A stretch of DNA of 64,000 bases from an uncultured virus (IMG/VR IMGVR_UViG_3300035447_000008) (taxonomy: Duplodnaviria > Heunggongvirae > Uroviricota > Caudoviricetes), in IMG/VR virus record IMGVR_UViG_3300035447_000008, one strand, 5' to 3'. Each line of letters starts with the position of its first letter. The stretch's first letter is position 1. This document shows, one piece after another, positions 18,945 to 28,936 of the stretch. Under the pieces are notes generated by a model that was not told the DNA's origin, did no database searches, and saw only the letters and a list, made by a program, of their open reading frames with translations. The position numbers and the translations under genes are program-made.

Positions 18945-20552
18945 GTGAGTCGATTTGAGTGTGAAATTTTAGAAAGTGTTAGTGGTTCTCGAGCAGATAT
19001 TAGCCCGTTTTCGCGGGAAATCGTTGTTATTAGTTTATTTGATGGTATAAGTTGTGGTTTGCAAGCCCTTAAAAATCTAGGGTTTACTAATATAAAATAT
19101 TTTGCCTCGGAAATTGAACCAAACGCAATTAAAATCAGTGAGAAAAATCACCCCGAGATAATTAGACTTGGTGATGTGAGGACAGTTAAAATTAATGGTA
19201 ATTATATTGAGTCTGAAAATGGTAAATGGCGATTGGGGGACGAGAATTACTACCAGAAGGTTGACCTTATTTTGGCAGGTTCACCTTGCCAGGGCTTTAG
19301 CTTTGCTGGGAGTGAATTGAATTTCAATGACCCTCGATCTGCACTATTCTTTGAGTTCGTGAGGATTAAAAAAGAAATTGAGGATTACCAAGGAAGCGTT
19401 GATTTTCTACTCGAGAATGTAAAAATGCGTGCGGAATTTGAAGACGTAATAACACACCATCTTAAGACTTGGCCGGTAAAAATTAATTCAAGGGCTTTTA
19501 CGGCACAAAACCGAGAGCGATATTACTGGTCTTCCTTGCTACAAACAACAATTTATGGCGAAAAAGACATAAAAGATTTTGAACATTCGCCAAAGATTGT
19601 AGACATTTTGGAAGATAAAGATTATAAAGGGGTGTGGACTTGGCCGAGAGGTTATAACAAAGGCGGTACTCGATTAGTGGACAAAATGCCTTGTATTACT
19701 ACAAGCAGTTGGCAGCATAATTTCCTAGTGGAAAAGGAAAACGGAGAGCGCAGAAAGTTTACACCGATCGAGTGCGAAAGGGCACAGGGTTTTGGATTTA
19801 TTAAGAAAGAGGTAGAAATTTTTACATGTTTAGACCAAGCAAAGAACTTTGTAAGTGTGGTAAAGAAAAATCCCAAGTTGCTAAAACTTGTTTTGAATGT
19901 AGAAGAAACAGAACTACAAGAGTTTGTAAAGGCTGTGGGGTACAATACTCATCAAAAGTTTCTGCTAACAAAATATACTGCTCCAGAAAGTGTAGGTATG
20001 GGGATACCGCTACAAACAAAGCCTCGCAACCAACAAATAGAACAGTTTTTGAGTGCAGACAGTGCGGAACAGAAACAACCGTGCCTCTTTCAAAGAACAG
20101 GGGAGGTTTCTGTAGTTCAGGGTGTTTCTATTTGTATAATAGAGGGGAAAATAGCGCAAATTGGAAGGGGGGAGTTACCTCAGAAAGACAGTCTTTTTAC
20201 TCAACAGACACTTGGAAAGATGCAATTAAATTTGTTTGGAAACGAGACAATGCTACATGTCAACGATGCGGAATCCATTTTGAACATGATGATGGACAGC
20301 AGTTCCACATTCACCACATTGTCCCGTTTATCTATGAAGAGTACAGATCAGATTTTGAGAATTTGCTACTGGTTTGCAGAGAGTGTCATTACTGGATACA
20401 TTCCAATGCAAACGGGGAAAGCCTGTTTATCTCTGAGCCTGTATGATGGGTACACTGCGGGAATATCAGATAATCAGCGATATAAAGTATTGGGGAATGG
20501 TTGGACAGTTCCTGTCATTGAGAGAATCTTATCAGCTTTATGTGGCGATTAA
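18945..20552 (+). CDS. C5-cytosine DNA methyltransferase carrying a 217-codon in-frame insertion
   Basis: Motif I SLFDGISCG, IV GSPCQGFS, VI ENV, VIII QNRER, IX TPIECERAQGF, X LGNGW; insertion at 19794-20444. Confidence 0.9.
   Translation: MSRFECEILESVSGSRADISPFSREIVVISLFDGISCGLQALKNLGFTNIKYFASEIEPNAIKISEKNHPEIIRLGDVRTVKINGNYIESENGKWRLGDENYYQKVDLILAGSPCQGFSFAGSELNFNDPRSALFFEFVRIKKEIEDYQGSVDFLLENVKMRAEFEDVITHHLKTWPVKINSRAFTAQNRERYYWSSLLQTTIYGEKDIKDFEHSPKIVDILEDKDYKGVWTWPRGYNKGGTRLVDKMPCITTSSWQHNFLVEKENGERRKFTPIECERAQGFGFIKKEVEIFTCLDQAKNFVSVVKKNPKLLKLVLNVEETELQEFVKAVGYNTHQKFLLTKYTAPESVGMGIPLQTKPRNQQIEQFLSADSAEQKQPCLFQRTGEVSVVQGVSICIIEGKIAQIGRGELPQKDSLFTQQTLGKMQLNLFGNETMLHVNDAESILNMMMDSSSTFTTLSRLSMKSTDQILRICYWFAESVITGYIPMQTGKACLSLSLYDGYTAGISDNQRYKVLGNGWTVPVIERILSALCGD
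19826..20446 (+). CDS. HNH endonuclease with N-terminal Zn-ribbon repeats, nested out of frame in the methyltransferase
   Basis: Own RBS (AAAGAGGT); repeated CxxC..CSxxC; NWKGG; RDNATCQRC..HIHHIVP..NLLLVCRECH. Confidence 0.92.
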   Translation: MFRPSKELCKCGKEKSQVAKTCFECRRNRTTRVCKGCGVQYSSKVSANKIYCSRKCRYGDTATNKASQPTNRTVFECRQCGTETTVPLSKNRGGFCSSGCFYLYNRGENSANWKGGVTSERQSFYSTDTWKDAIKFVWKRDNATCQRCGIHFEHDDGQQFHIHHIVPFIYEEYRSDFENLLLVCRECHYWIHSNANGESLFISEPV

Positions 20553-20620
20553 AAATTCCAATTATACACGAGAAAATGTTAAGTCTATACTAATACCCAT
20601 AAACAGAGCGGAGTTGCGAA

Positions 20621-20878
20621 ATGAAAACCATGTCTCAGATTGAAAAAATTGACGCTGAGTGGCTGACCAACGAACAAAAGGGTATGTGCAATTACTGGCT
20701 AAAGAAGGGTGCGGGAGTTTATGTGGAAGGCCCGTATATGTGCAGTTTTCACAAGAAAGAATACGGCTACCTATGGGTAGATACAGGTAAAAAGTTGCTT
20801 AAACTTGATGGTCGTGGGTATGATGTTAAGATGCAGTGTGAGACACATCCCAAATTGTGTAATTTTTCAGGAGAATAG
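20621..20878 (+). CDS. Hypothetical protein
   Basis: ORF with upstream promoter and GGAG RBS. Confidence 0.7.
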   Translation: MKTMSQIEKIDAEWLTNEQKGMCNYWLKKGAGVYVEGPYMCSFHKKEYGYLWVDTGKKLLKLDGRGYDVKMQCETHPKLCNFSGE

Positions 20879-20880
20879 CT

Positions 20881-21132
20881 ATGTTAGGCTATAACCAACA
20901 CCTGTCAGCAGCTTGGAACGTATACAAAAATCTACAATACGTTTCAAAGGCTATCAACGCTTATGACTTGGGCTATTGGCGAGCATGGGCTACAGCTCAG
21001 ATTTCTTATGACGCCAGAGACATGTTCAAAGATGAAGAAAAAGCTAAGAAAGCTGTTGACAAAGGAATGCAGTTGATCCAAGATATCTCAACTGCCAGAG
21101 AAAAGCAGCTTAAGCAATCTAAAATGTATTGA
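20881..21132 (+). CDS. Hypothetical protein
   Basis: ORF with AGGAG RBS. Confidence 0.7.
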   Translation: MLGYNQHLSAAWNVYKNLQYVSKAINAYDLGYWRAWATAQISYDARDMFKDEEKAKKAVDKGMQLIQDISTAREKQLKQSKMY

Positions 21133-21373
21133 GGAGAGAGAAATGAAAATCCGTATGAATGCACAAGAGCAACACAACGAATACAGCAACAACAAGCAGA
21201 AAGAGCGCAAGGAGCATAAAAACTTCCGTGAGCTTCGCAAGAATCGTAATAACCGCTGGCAATCGGCTGACTAAGATTGATAGATTCTTTTCATAAGCTC
21301 CTTGGTTGACTCCTCGGAGCTTTTCTTTTATTCTTCTCTTAACAAAGCAATTTAGCTGCAAGAGGAAAAGAAA

Positions 21374-22114
21374 ATGATCAGCATTCCAAGAGGTTACGGG
21401 TTTAGGTCTGGTGTTGGTGCTACGGTTGAAGACGGGACACAGGATGACTGGAGCGGCGTATCGCCCAACGGGAGACAGTGGCGTAACCCGTTGACAAGAG
21501 AAGTGAGAAACCTTTCGGGGAGTGCGTATTGGGAACTCCGCAAAGCTCAGTCGGCTGATGAGATTATCAAGCCTGATGTCTGGACAGCAGATGGTAAAGC
21601 TAACATTAAAGCTTTCTCCGACGAAGCTTTGGGCCTTAATCAAAAGAAAGCCCCAGCTAAGAAAACTGTTCCAATTGCACATCAAATTGTTCCACAAGAG
21701 AAAACCCTTGATCGTTTGGACAAACAAGAGGCTGAGCTTTACAAAGCTTTTGAAAAGCAAGAGATTAGCGAGGAAGAATTTAAACAACTCATCTTCGCCT
21801 TGGAGCAAAAGAGGCATCGAGCATGGAAATCTCGTTGTAAAGCCCTCGGGATATCATCTGACGATGATCCTGATGAATCAACAGACGAAGAAATGCTGCC
21901 AGAATGGCAAGATAGGGCAGAGATAGTAGGGAAAAACAACGTAGAAAAACGCGATTGGTGGGAAGGTGGAAACGTTTTCATCCTTACACACAAGAAGCTA
22001 AAAGACGTAGTAAAATCAGCACTAAATAAGAAATTGTCTGTTGACAAAGAAAAGCTTAGTCCTTATATTGGAGGCGTTGTCTTAAGCTTTATAACGTTTG
22101 TAATTTTGTTTTGA
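21374..22114 (+). CDS. Hypothetical protein with C-terminal membrane anchor
   Basis: 246-aa ORF with GAGG RBS; hydrophobic C-terminus. Confidence 0.75.
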   Translation: MISIPRGYGFRSGVGATVEDGTQDDWSGVSPNGRQWRNPLTREVRNLSGSAYWELRKAQSADEIIKPDVWTADGKANIKAFSDEALGLNQKKAPAKKTVPIAHQIVPQEKTLDRLDKQEAELYKAFEKQEISEEEFKQLIFALEQKRHRAWKSRCKALGISSDDDPDESTDEEMLPEWQDRAEIVGKNNVEKRDWWEGGNVFILTHKKLKDVVKSALNKKLSVDKEKLSPYIGGVVLSFITFVILF

Positions 22115-22126
22115 GGAGCGTACACA

Positions 22127-22342
22127 ATGAAATCGACATGGCACATCCTGCATATCTTGATGATCTTCCTAACGGGCGGATTGTGGATCATCATCTACAT
22201 TTGGCGTCTATTGGCTAATGCTCACAGCAACAGGAAGCTTGAATATGCACAACAGCACCGCCAGCTAGAAGCCATGGAACGCTTAGTGGCACATACAGAG
22301 GCTGCTGATAAGCTTAAGCTATTGAAGAGCCAAGAGCAATAG
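22127..22342 (+). CDS. Small membrane protein
   Basis: HILHILMIFLTGGLWIIIYIW motif; GAGGAG RBS. Confidence 0.75.
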   Translation: MKSTWHILHILMIFLTGGLWIIIYIWRLLANAHSNRKLEYAQQHRQLEAMERLVAHTEAADKLKLLKSQEQ

Positions 22343-24047
22343 AATCTTTTGTGTGGGTTTTCCTTGAAAACCTCTTGACGACATAGGCGGATTGGGTCAG
22401 AATAGCCCCAACAGAAACGAAAACCATCAAGGTGAAGAAGATGATTAGCAGAAACGTCCACTATGTAGACAACAGCGGCACCAACGCCGTCGCTATGTTT
22501 TTCCCTCAGTTTGCTGAAGCATACAAAACCGGGAAGCTTTGCGAAGAGTTGTCTGATTTGTTTGAAATTGAGATTTTGGAAGGATATAATGAGGACGGCA
22601 GTGACCGCATGATCATCAACGCTGCCTAAACTAGACCAAGGCTGGCAAGGCCCCTTTAAAAAGAGCGCAAATGAAAAAGCCACTATCTTTCCGCCAACGT
22701 CTGATGCTTTCTGTGAACAAAGCCGCTACAATGGAGACACAGACAAGTTTTCCGTATGGGATGGTAGCATATGTAAAGGCTGCTGTTAGCACACAAAATA
22801 AACGTCTTTCTTACGACTGGCGTTAAGGAGAATTTAACATGGGTTTTTTAATGCTTGGGGCTGCTATCATGCATTCCCCTATTCTCATCCTGATTCCAGC
22901 TTTGCTAGCTGTCTTTAGCTTGGCTGTAATTGAGGCAAATAACGAAGAATACGGAGCTATTTAAAATGCGAATTGTAGATGTGATGGACAAAGATATCCG
23001 CGCCAGCGCTCAGTTTGAATACAAAGGCTGGATTGTTAGCATGTCAACCATCTTCAAGGGTGTTGGTGTTAGTGTCTATGTATTCAAAGATGGCTATGAG
23101 CTTGAGTGTAAGTCCGTAGAACAAGCAATTGAACTTATCGACAAGGAACCAATGCTGTGATCCTGTATGCTCTAGTGGTGAGTGTATGCCTGTCAAATGG
23201 AGAGTGTCACGAGGTTAGCCCTGAGCTTTACGAAGACATGACAGCTTGCATTATGGAAGCTTCACACCAACGAGCACAAGGAATGCACAGTTATTGCGAA
23301 GAAATCCAAGAGGACTCATTGGAAGAAGCTATCGCAAAGCATTGAAGCTATAGAAACAATTAATTTGTGATGGTCTCAGATTCCAGTATACTGAGCACAA
23401 CAGAAACAAACACGGAGCAACACGAAATGACCTATCAAGAAGCTTGCAAAGCCGCTAAGGCAAATAAAGGCATCTTCTATACATACGATGCAGGAAACGA
23501 TAAGATTGGTGGCGTCTATTGGTGCAAACAACGTGCTCGACTCATCAAACAGTGGTCTAATGATGGCAAGGTGTGGTACTGATATGGACAGGACGCTTTG
23601 CCACCATTGGAACCCCGCAGAATCTTGTGCTGAGTGTAGACAGGAGCCTACGATTTTTGAAGACTTGCTAGACCTTCTAGAGCAGTATGGATGGTCTAGT
23701 TTTGAACAGACACCAAAAGAGTTAATTGGTGATCTGGAGCAAAGAATCTTAGACAGAAACAAGAAACGAGGCGGTTAGTTATGAAAGACTCACGCTGGTA
23801 TAAGATTGAAAATGGGCAAGCCTTCATTTTTGATAATGGTTACGAAAACATAAGTGAAACGGTCAGCATTGTCCGCGTTAGTGATTTGTCATACTACAGA
23901 CAAAATTTTAAACTTTCCAAATCGTGGGGAATTTATCAGAAATAGTGAATCAATAGGAACAATCAATTAGCCATCAAAGCTGTATGTTTGTAGAATGAAC
24001 ACAACAGAGAAGACACAGTGTCTTCCAGCTAGAACAGGAATCGCAGA

Positions 24048-24264
24048 CATGACCACTCAAAAAGATATCATCATTGAACAGCTTTCCCTCAAGCATGGTA
24101 TTGACGTAAAAGCTGATGATTTCCACGCTCTGCGGTCTGAGCAAGTCGAGGGTCTTCTGCACTGGGCAAAAGCTTACGGTTATCGTGAACCAAAGAACGC
24201 CAACGGAAGCAAAGCCCGTTATTTCTTCGCCATGCTCCAGCGTCACGCTAACAAGGCGGGCTAA
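24048..24264 (+). CDS. Early hypothetical protein (YREPKNANGS.ARYF family)
   Basis: ATG after AGGA RBS; own promoter. Confidence 0.75.
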
Positions 24265-24762
24265 GCCATGACCAGACAAGAATGGCAGCCCAACAGCACA
24301 CAAATGGCAGCTATGGAAGCTTTCGCAAGCTGTCTAGGCTTCCTGATGGGGATAGCTGGTGGACTCACAGCTCTAACGATCCTCTGCCTCATCCTTGGAA
24401 AAATAAGTGAAATTCTTTTGAAATAGGGGTTGACGTAGCTTTTCAGGTTGGTAGAATGGGCACATCGAAAGCAAACAAGCCTCGGAGATACAAGCGATGG
24501 ATTACTACGAAAGCGCAGAAGGTATCATCATTAGCCCAGAGCGTGCTAAAAAGGAAGTAGAGAAGCACGGTTGCAGTTGGGAAGAGTTTGTGCAGGACAT
24601 GGGGCTGCGTAACAGCTACGAAGCTCAGGCCGTTCTTGTCTGGCTTGGCTACTGAAAGAAAAACAGAAAATAATCAAGAAAAGTAGTTGACGCATCCACC
24701 TAACAGCTATAAGATTACACACAACAGCAAACGAAAAGCCCCAAGGCTAAGGAAGACAGAAA

Positions 24763-25017
24763 ATGAACAGCATCCACGAAGTTATCGAATACGGTTATAT
24801 CGTTGCCAACAACGAAGATTCGGACATCCTAATTACTGTAAACGGGGCTTACTACAATATCTGGTGTGGCGACTATTCTGGCAAATACCAGAACACTGAC
24901 TGCCATGCTACAGACTTTGACAACGGTTTGTACGGTCAAGATATGGTGAAGGTTGTAGAGCGCGCAGAAGCTATCCTTGAGGAGCTGGTAAGCGGAGAGG
25001 AAGAAGACGAAGATTAA
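24763..25017 (+). CDS. Early acidic hypothetical protein
   Basis: Promoter at 24687, RBS, terminator at 25032. Confidence 0.75.
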   Translation: MNSIHEVIEYGYIVANNEDSDILITVNGAYYNIWCGDYSGKYQNTDCHATDFDNGLYGQDMVKVVERAEAILEELVSGEEEDED

Positions 25018-25031
25018 CCAATAAGCTACAC

Positions 25032-25061
25032 AAGCCCTGCTTTCTAGTGGGGCTTTCTTTT
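25032..25061 (+). terminator. Rho-independent terminator
   Basis: AAGCCCTGCT-TTCT-AGTGGGGCTT followed by TCTTTT. Confidence 0.75.
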
Positions 25062-25281
25062 GTCTGTAAAAAGATGAAATGAGCTGTTGACATGTTCATC
25101 GAAGGTCGCTAAGATGACCACAAGACGGCTAGAACGGGGAGACAAACGGGAAGATTGGGCGCTATTCAGCAATAGGGAATAGCTATCACCTTTTCAATTT
25201 ATTAAGAAAAGTTCAATTATACAAGGATGGCTCAGGCTGTATAATGAACCCATACAAAGCAAACACACAGGAAATAGAATC

Positions 25282-25515
25282 ATGAACACTCGCACAGTTT
25301 CGGAAGCAACCTTCAAAGCTTTTGAGAAATCTAATCACTGTAAACAAGCCATGCTTCAAGCAGAAAAAGATATCGAATCTTCTCATAACTTGGGTCAATT
25401 CAATAATGGTGACCCAAACCACCCAATGTACAACAACAATTATAATTATGCAACACAAGAATATAAGCTTTTTGGGTATGAGCAAGAAGATTTCATGTCT
25501 AAGCAGTATAAATAA
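25282..25515 (+). CDS. Early hypothetical protein
   Basis: Own promoter and RBS. Confidence 0.75.
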   Translation: MNTRTVSEATFKAFEKSNHCKQAMLQAEKDIESSHNLGQFNNGDPNHPMYNNNYNYATQEYKLFGYEQEDFMSKQYK

Positions 25516-25585
25516 AACTTGCAACGCCCTGAAATGGGCTATATAGTGGCCCCATCGAAAGGCAAACCAGACAGGAATCGAGAAA

Positions 25586-25813
25586 ATGAAACAAGGGCTA
25601 GTTCTAAAAGCAAAGCAAGAATTTACAATGAAGAAAGAAGGTAGCCGTGGTCGAGCTATGCACATTAAAGTCGGTGACGTTTTTATCATCACTAGCCCAG
25701 ATTATAACAATAAAGAAGCAAGCTTGATCGACCGTTACAAGTCTGCTAGTCTTAACCAAGGGTACAAACTGCTGAACTCGGACATTAATAACCTTTTCGA
25801 ATTGGTAGGGTAA
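25586..25813 (+). CDS. Early hypothetical protein
   Basis: Own promoter and RBS. Confidence 0.7.
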   Translation: MKQGLVLKAKQEFTMKKEGSRGRAMHIKVGDVFIITSPDYNNKEASLIDRYKSASLNQGYKLLNSDINNLFELVG

Positions 25814-25978
25814 AATATGGAAAACGCAACACATACCGATGAAGAAGGCAACATGTACAAAGTGCTGGGCGATAAACCACAAGAGTTTTGTGTTTACTTT
25901 TGGAACTGGTCAAGTAAACAGTGGTTTCAAGACTTAGGAAAAGATTTTAGTCATCTTATTAAAATTGCTTGACAAGAT

Positions 25979-26004
25979 GCCCGGCATAGTCCGGGCTTTC
26001 TTTT
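25979..26004 (+). terminator. Rho-independent terminator
   Basis: GCCCGG-CATAGT-CCGGGC followed by TTTCTTTT. Confidence 0.8.
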
Positions 26005-26552
26005 ACCCATCATAAATCTTTCCAATCGCCCACTTGAGAAGCGAAGCGACGAAAGGCTTGCAATTTATTGCGAGCACCCTCCCTCCTCGGACGTGTCTCC
26101 ATGTGGCTATATTCTCACAGCCCCACACACGATGCAAGCTTTTTCTTTCTAAAATTTCTCAATTTATTTTCACTTTCCCTATTGACACCCCGCCTCAGTC
26201 TAGTAGGATGAGCACATCCACAAACAGAACACCAGCGGAGTTACACAGAATGGACGAGAAAGAATTTAAACAACGGTTTGCAGAGACCTTTGATTTAAGG
26301 GTGACAGTGTTTGACCAATCCGGTTCTACTGTCTTAGAGGTGGCCATTGTAGACAAGGAGGGGGAGATTGTGATTCAGTCCACATCTTCCGCCATCTGTA
26401 CCACACAACCAGATTAAAATTTCACCCTCTCTTGCAAGCTTTTGGCACGTCCGTTGCTTGTAAAAATAATTCAAATTTTCTTCAATTTCTTGTTGACTGA
26501 CTACACACATCCCCTTATACTGAACCCAACAAAGCAGACAGGAATCAAAGCC

Positions 26553-26810
26553 ATGAAAACCACTAAAACCACCATCGCAAAAGCCACCATCCTCGATTGG
26601 AACCGCGAGCGTAACACTGTTTATGGAAACCCTGTTTACAGCTTCACTCTGACGGACGAGAACGGCAAGCTGTATCGTGGCAAAACCCGTCCTAATGCTG
26701 GCTTTGTTTACGGGCTGAGCTATGGTCCCTCTGAGCTGGCTAATGTGGTAATCGCCATCACTCCTAGCGGTCGTGTGTATATGGACAATGCCGAGAACGT
26801 AGGAGCATAA
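26553..26810 (+). CDS. Early hypothetical protein
   Basis: Start at MKTTK after AGGA RBS; promoter at 26493. Confidence 0.75.
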   Translation: MKTTKTTIAKATILDWNRERNTVYGNPVYSFTLTDENGKLYRGKTRPNAGFVYGLSYGPSELANVVIAITPSGRVYMDNAENVGA

Positions 26811-26814
26811 GCGA

Positions 26815-26973
26815 ATGACTGTCTACATCGTGTGGCATAAAAACTTTAATTACGAAGATGAATTTATCGGTGTGTTCAGCTCAGAGGAAAAGGCACAGGA
26901 ACGGATCGAAAGGTTTTCAAAATCAGATCGATGTGACTTCCACATCGAGACCGAAGAATTGGACGATTACTGA
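26815..26973 (+). CDS. Small early protein (VYIV..GVFSSEEKA family)
   Basis: AGGAG RBS; manual translation MTVYIVWHKNFNYEDEFIGVFSSEEKAQ... Confidence 0.7.
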   Translation: MTVYIVWHKNFNYEDEFIGVFSSEEKAQERIERFSKSDRCDFHIETEELDDY

Positions 26974-27054
26974 ATTCTTTTCAAAAGCCCTTGACACCAT
27001 ACGTTGAGGGCTTTATCCTTTGCACATCAGACAAGCAAACACGGAAGCAAGAAC

Positions 27055-27327
27055 ATGACCACACAATTCATCATTGCCAAGCAAAGCAAGAAAGCCCTAG
27101 AAGATTGCCTCGATATAGCAGATAAGGCTCTGAAAGCTTTTGATTCATATGGCAAGTCTGAAATGGGTATGACTCCAGATCACGTTAAGGCGATGCCAGA
27201 ATGGCAAGCTGCGAAGAAAGACTTCGATCAAGCATTTGCTCAGCTTCGGAATTTTAATGGATGGTATGTAAAGACATTCAAAAAAGAGATTGCACAAGAA
27301 CGAAAAGAAAAATACAAACAAGCTTGA
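27055..27327 (+). CDS. Early hypothetical protein (MGMTPDHVK family)
   Basis: Start at MTTQF; promoter at 26991. Confidence 0.75.
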   Translation: MTTQFIIAKQSKKALEDCLDIADKALKAFDSYGKSEMGMTPDHVKAMPEWQAAKKDFDQAFAQLRNFNGWYVKTFKKEIAQERKEKYKQA

Positions 27328-27398
27328 CCAAAGCCCCGCAAGGGGCTATCCTTTCTCTTACAAGCAGCAACCATCACCTAAGACAAAGGATTAAGAGA

Positions 27399-27713
27399 AT
27401 GAACGTTAAACAGCAGGCTAAATACGACAATCTGAAAGAGGCTCTGATGGTCATCAGCTTTGATTGGACTACAGCCATTTACAAGCGCAACGGGGATGTT
27501 GTTTTCGAAGGCGATCTTCTGTTTACACACGGCCTAGACGTATGGTGCCTATCTGGTAACAAACAGGGTCTTCTAGTGCTGAGTCACGGCGATAAAAGTA
27601 AGACAATAGGCTTTATTGAAGAATATAACACTTCCCAGGCTGCCACTATGGCACAAGCTGAGACAGTTGATCGGAAAGTACGTCAGTTTCTGTCTACGCT
27701 ATCGAGCATCTAG
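27399..27713 (+). CDS. Early hypothetical protein
   Basis: Start at MNVKQ after AAGGA RBS; promoter at 27324. Confidence 0.7.
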   Translation: MNVKQQAKYDNLKEALMVISFDWTTAIYKRNGDVVFEGDLLFTHGLDVWCLSGNKQGLLVLSHGDKSKTIGFIEEYNTSQAATMAQAETVDRKVRQFLSTLSSI

Positions 27714-27761
27714 ACGTGATAGAAACAATACATCACACACAAGAAAGGATAAGGAAACACA

Positions 27762-28076
27762 ATGACAATTGAAAAATGGTTAGAATCATGCCCATCGGCT
27801 GTTATCGCCAGGGTGATCACGGACGTTCAAGATATCCGCAGCCTTGCAATATCATCAGATTTATACCACGGTGACACCCTGGTAGTGGTATCGGTGGAGG
27901 CTCTTTCCTCCTTGCACAAGATGGCGAGTGACAAACTATCTTTCCGCGCTAAACTGCTATCGGATGCCTTAGACTTGACCGAAGAACAGCTTTTGCACAT
28001 TGAAGCGCCTTTACTGCCAGAAGGCGAAGCCCTGCTAGCGGCCATCAGAAAAGAAATCAACAAAAATGCAAAATAG
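27762..28076 (+). CDS. Early hypothetical protein
   Basis: TAAGGA RBS. Confidence 0.7.
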   Translation: MTIEKWLESCPSAVIARVITDVQDIRSLAISSDLYHGDTLVVVSVEALSSLHKMASDKLSFRAKLLSDALDLTEEQLLHIEAPLLPEGEALLAAIRKEINKNAK

Positions 28077-28705
28077 TGTTTGACACACGAGAAGCGGGGC
28101 TGTAAGATGGCACCAACTTAAAGAGAAAGCCGGAAGGCAAAAGGGGATCGAAAATGAAAAATCAAATGACCTACAAAACCTATTCTCTGATGGTTAGCTT
28201 TGACAATGGCGTATCTGGTAAAGACTTTCAGGTAGTGGCTGTTAGTGCTCAGGCTGCTTTTGAAGACATTAAAGAAGCTTATGGCGATTGCATTCTTCTC
28301 CAGCAAGATATGGGAGTATAATCATGCTTATCCAACGTGAATTTAAATTGATGGGTGGCCGCACCGATCTCCAATATGTCTCCTCTGTAGACTCTAAAGG
28401 AAGACCGAATGGTTATGATAAAAAGAAAGAATACGCTTTAGATCTTACAGATTGGCAAGCTGTTAGGACGATTGCCAGCTTTAACGTAATAGGCTGTAAA
28501 CATCACATCACCTATTGAGGATGCACAATGTCTATTGAATCCCTAGCAATGCAAGCCTTAGTCATCATCGCATGCATCCTCCTGGCTTGCTCAGTCATCG
28601 AAAATAAATTCAAAAAGAATGCAAAAAGGTGGTTGACGTGATGTTGGGATGGGCTTAGAATGAACCCATCAAGAGGCACAAAGCCTCTCTAATCGGAGAA
28701 GCAAG

Positions 28706-28918
28706 ATGGAAAAGCAAGTGGCTCAGAAACTGGCAGAGATTCTGAAATCCGCAGCGGATGCCTACGCTAAAGGTGGCTCGGGTTTTCTCTCTTACAACCA
28801 CGCTGTAGGGAAAAGCTTTTGGGAAGTCTCTGATAAAGATGGTCAGACTTGGGTTATGCAAGAAGTCTACCTCATGCTTTGCAGCATGGATATGACTCCC
28901 CTAGAATCTGATCGGTAA
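28706..28918 (+). CDS. Early hypothetical protein
   Basis: Promoter at 28633, GGAG RBS, terminator at 28937. Confidence 0.75.
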   Translation: MEKQVAQKLAEILKSAADAYAKGGSGFLSYNHAVGKSFWEVSDKDGQTWVMQEVYLMLCSMDMTPLESDR

Positions 28919-28936
28919 GTGTCAAAATGAGAAATT

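Noticed and set aside
19794..20444. Intein or group I intron explanation for the methyltransferase insert
   Set aside because: No terminal His-Asn followed by Cys/Ser/Thr and no Hint blocks; almost no non-coding sequence for an intron core. Not excluded experimentally.
20443..20643. ORF starting in an ATGA overlap with the nested HNH stop, as a possible separate methyltransferase C-terminal subunit
   Set aside because: It is in the third frame and does not encode motif X.
22375..28700. CRISPR-like array suggested by recurring motifs
   Set aside because: Repeats are degenerate promoter/leader modules separated by genes, not constant repeats with short spacers; no cas genes.
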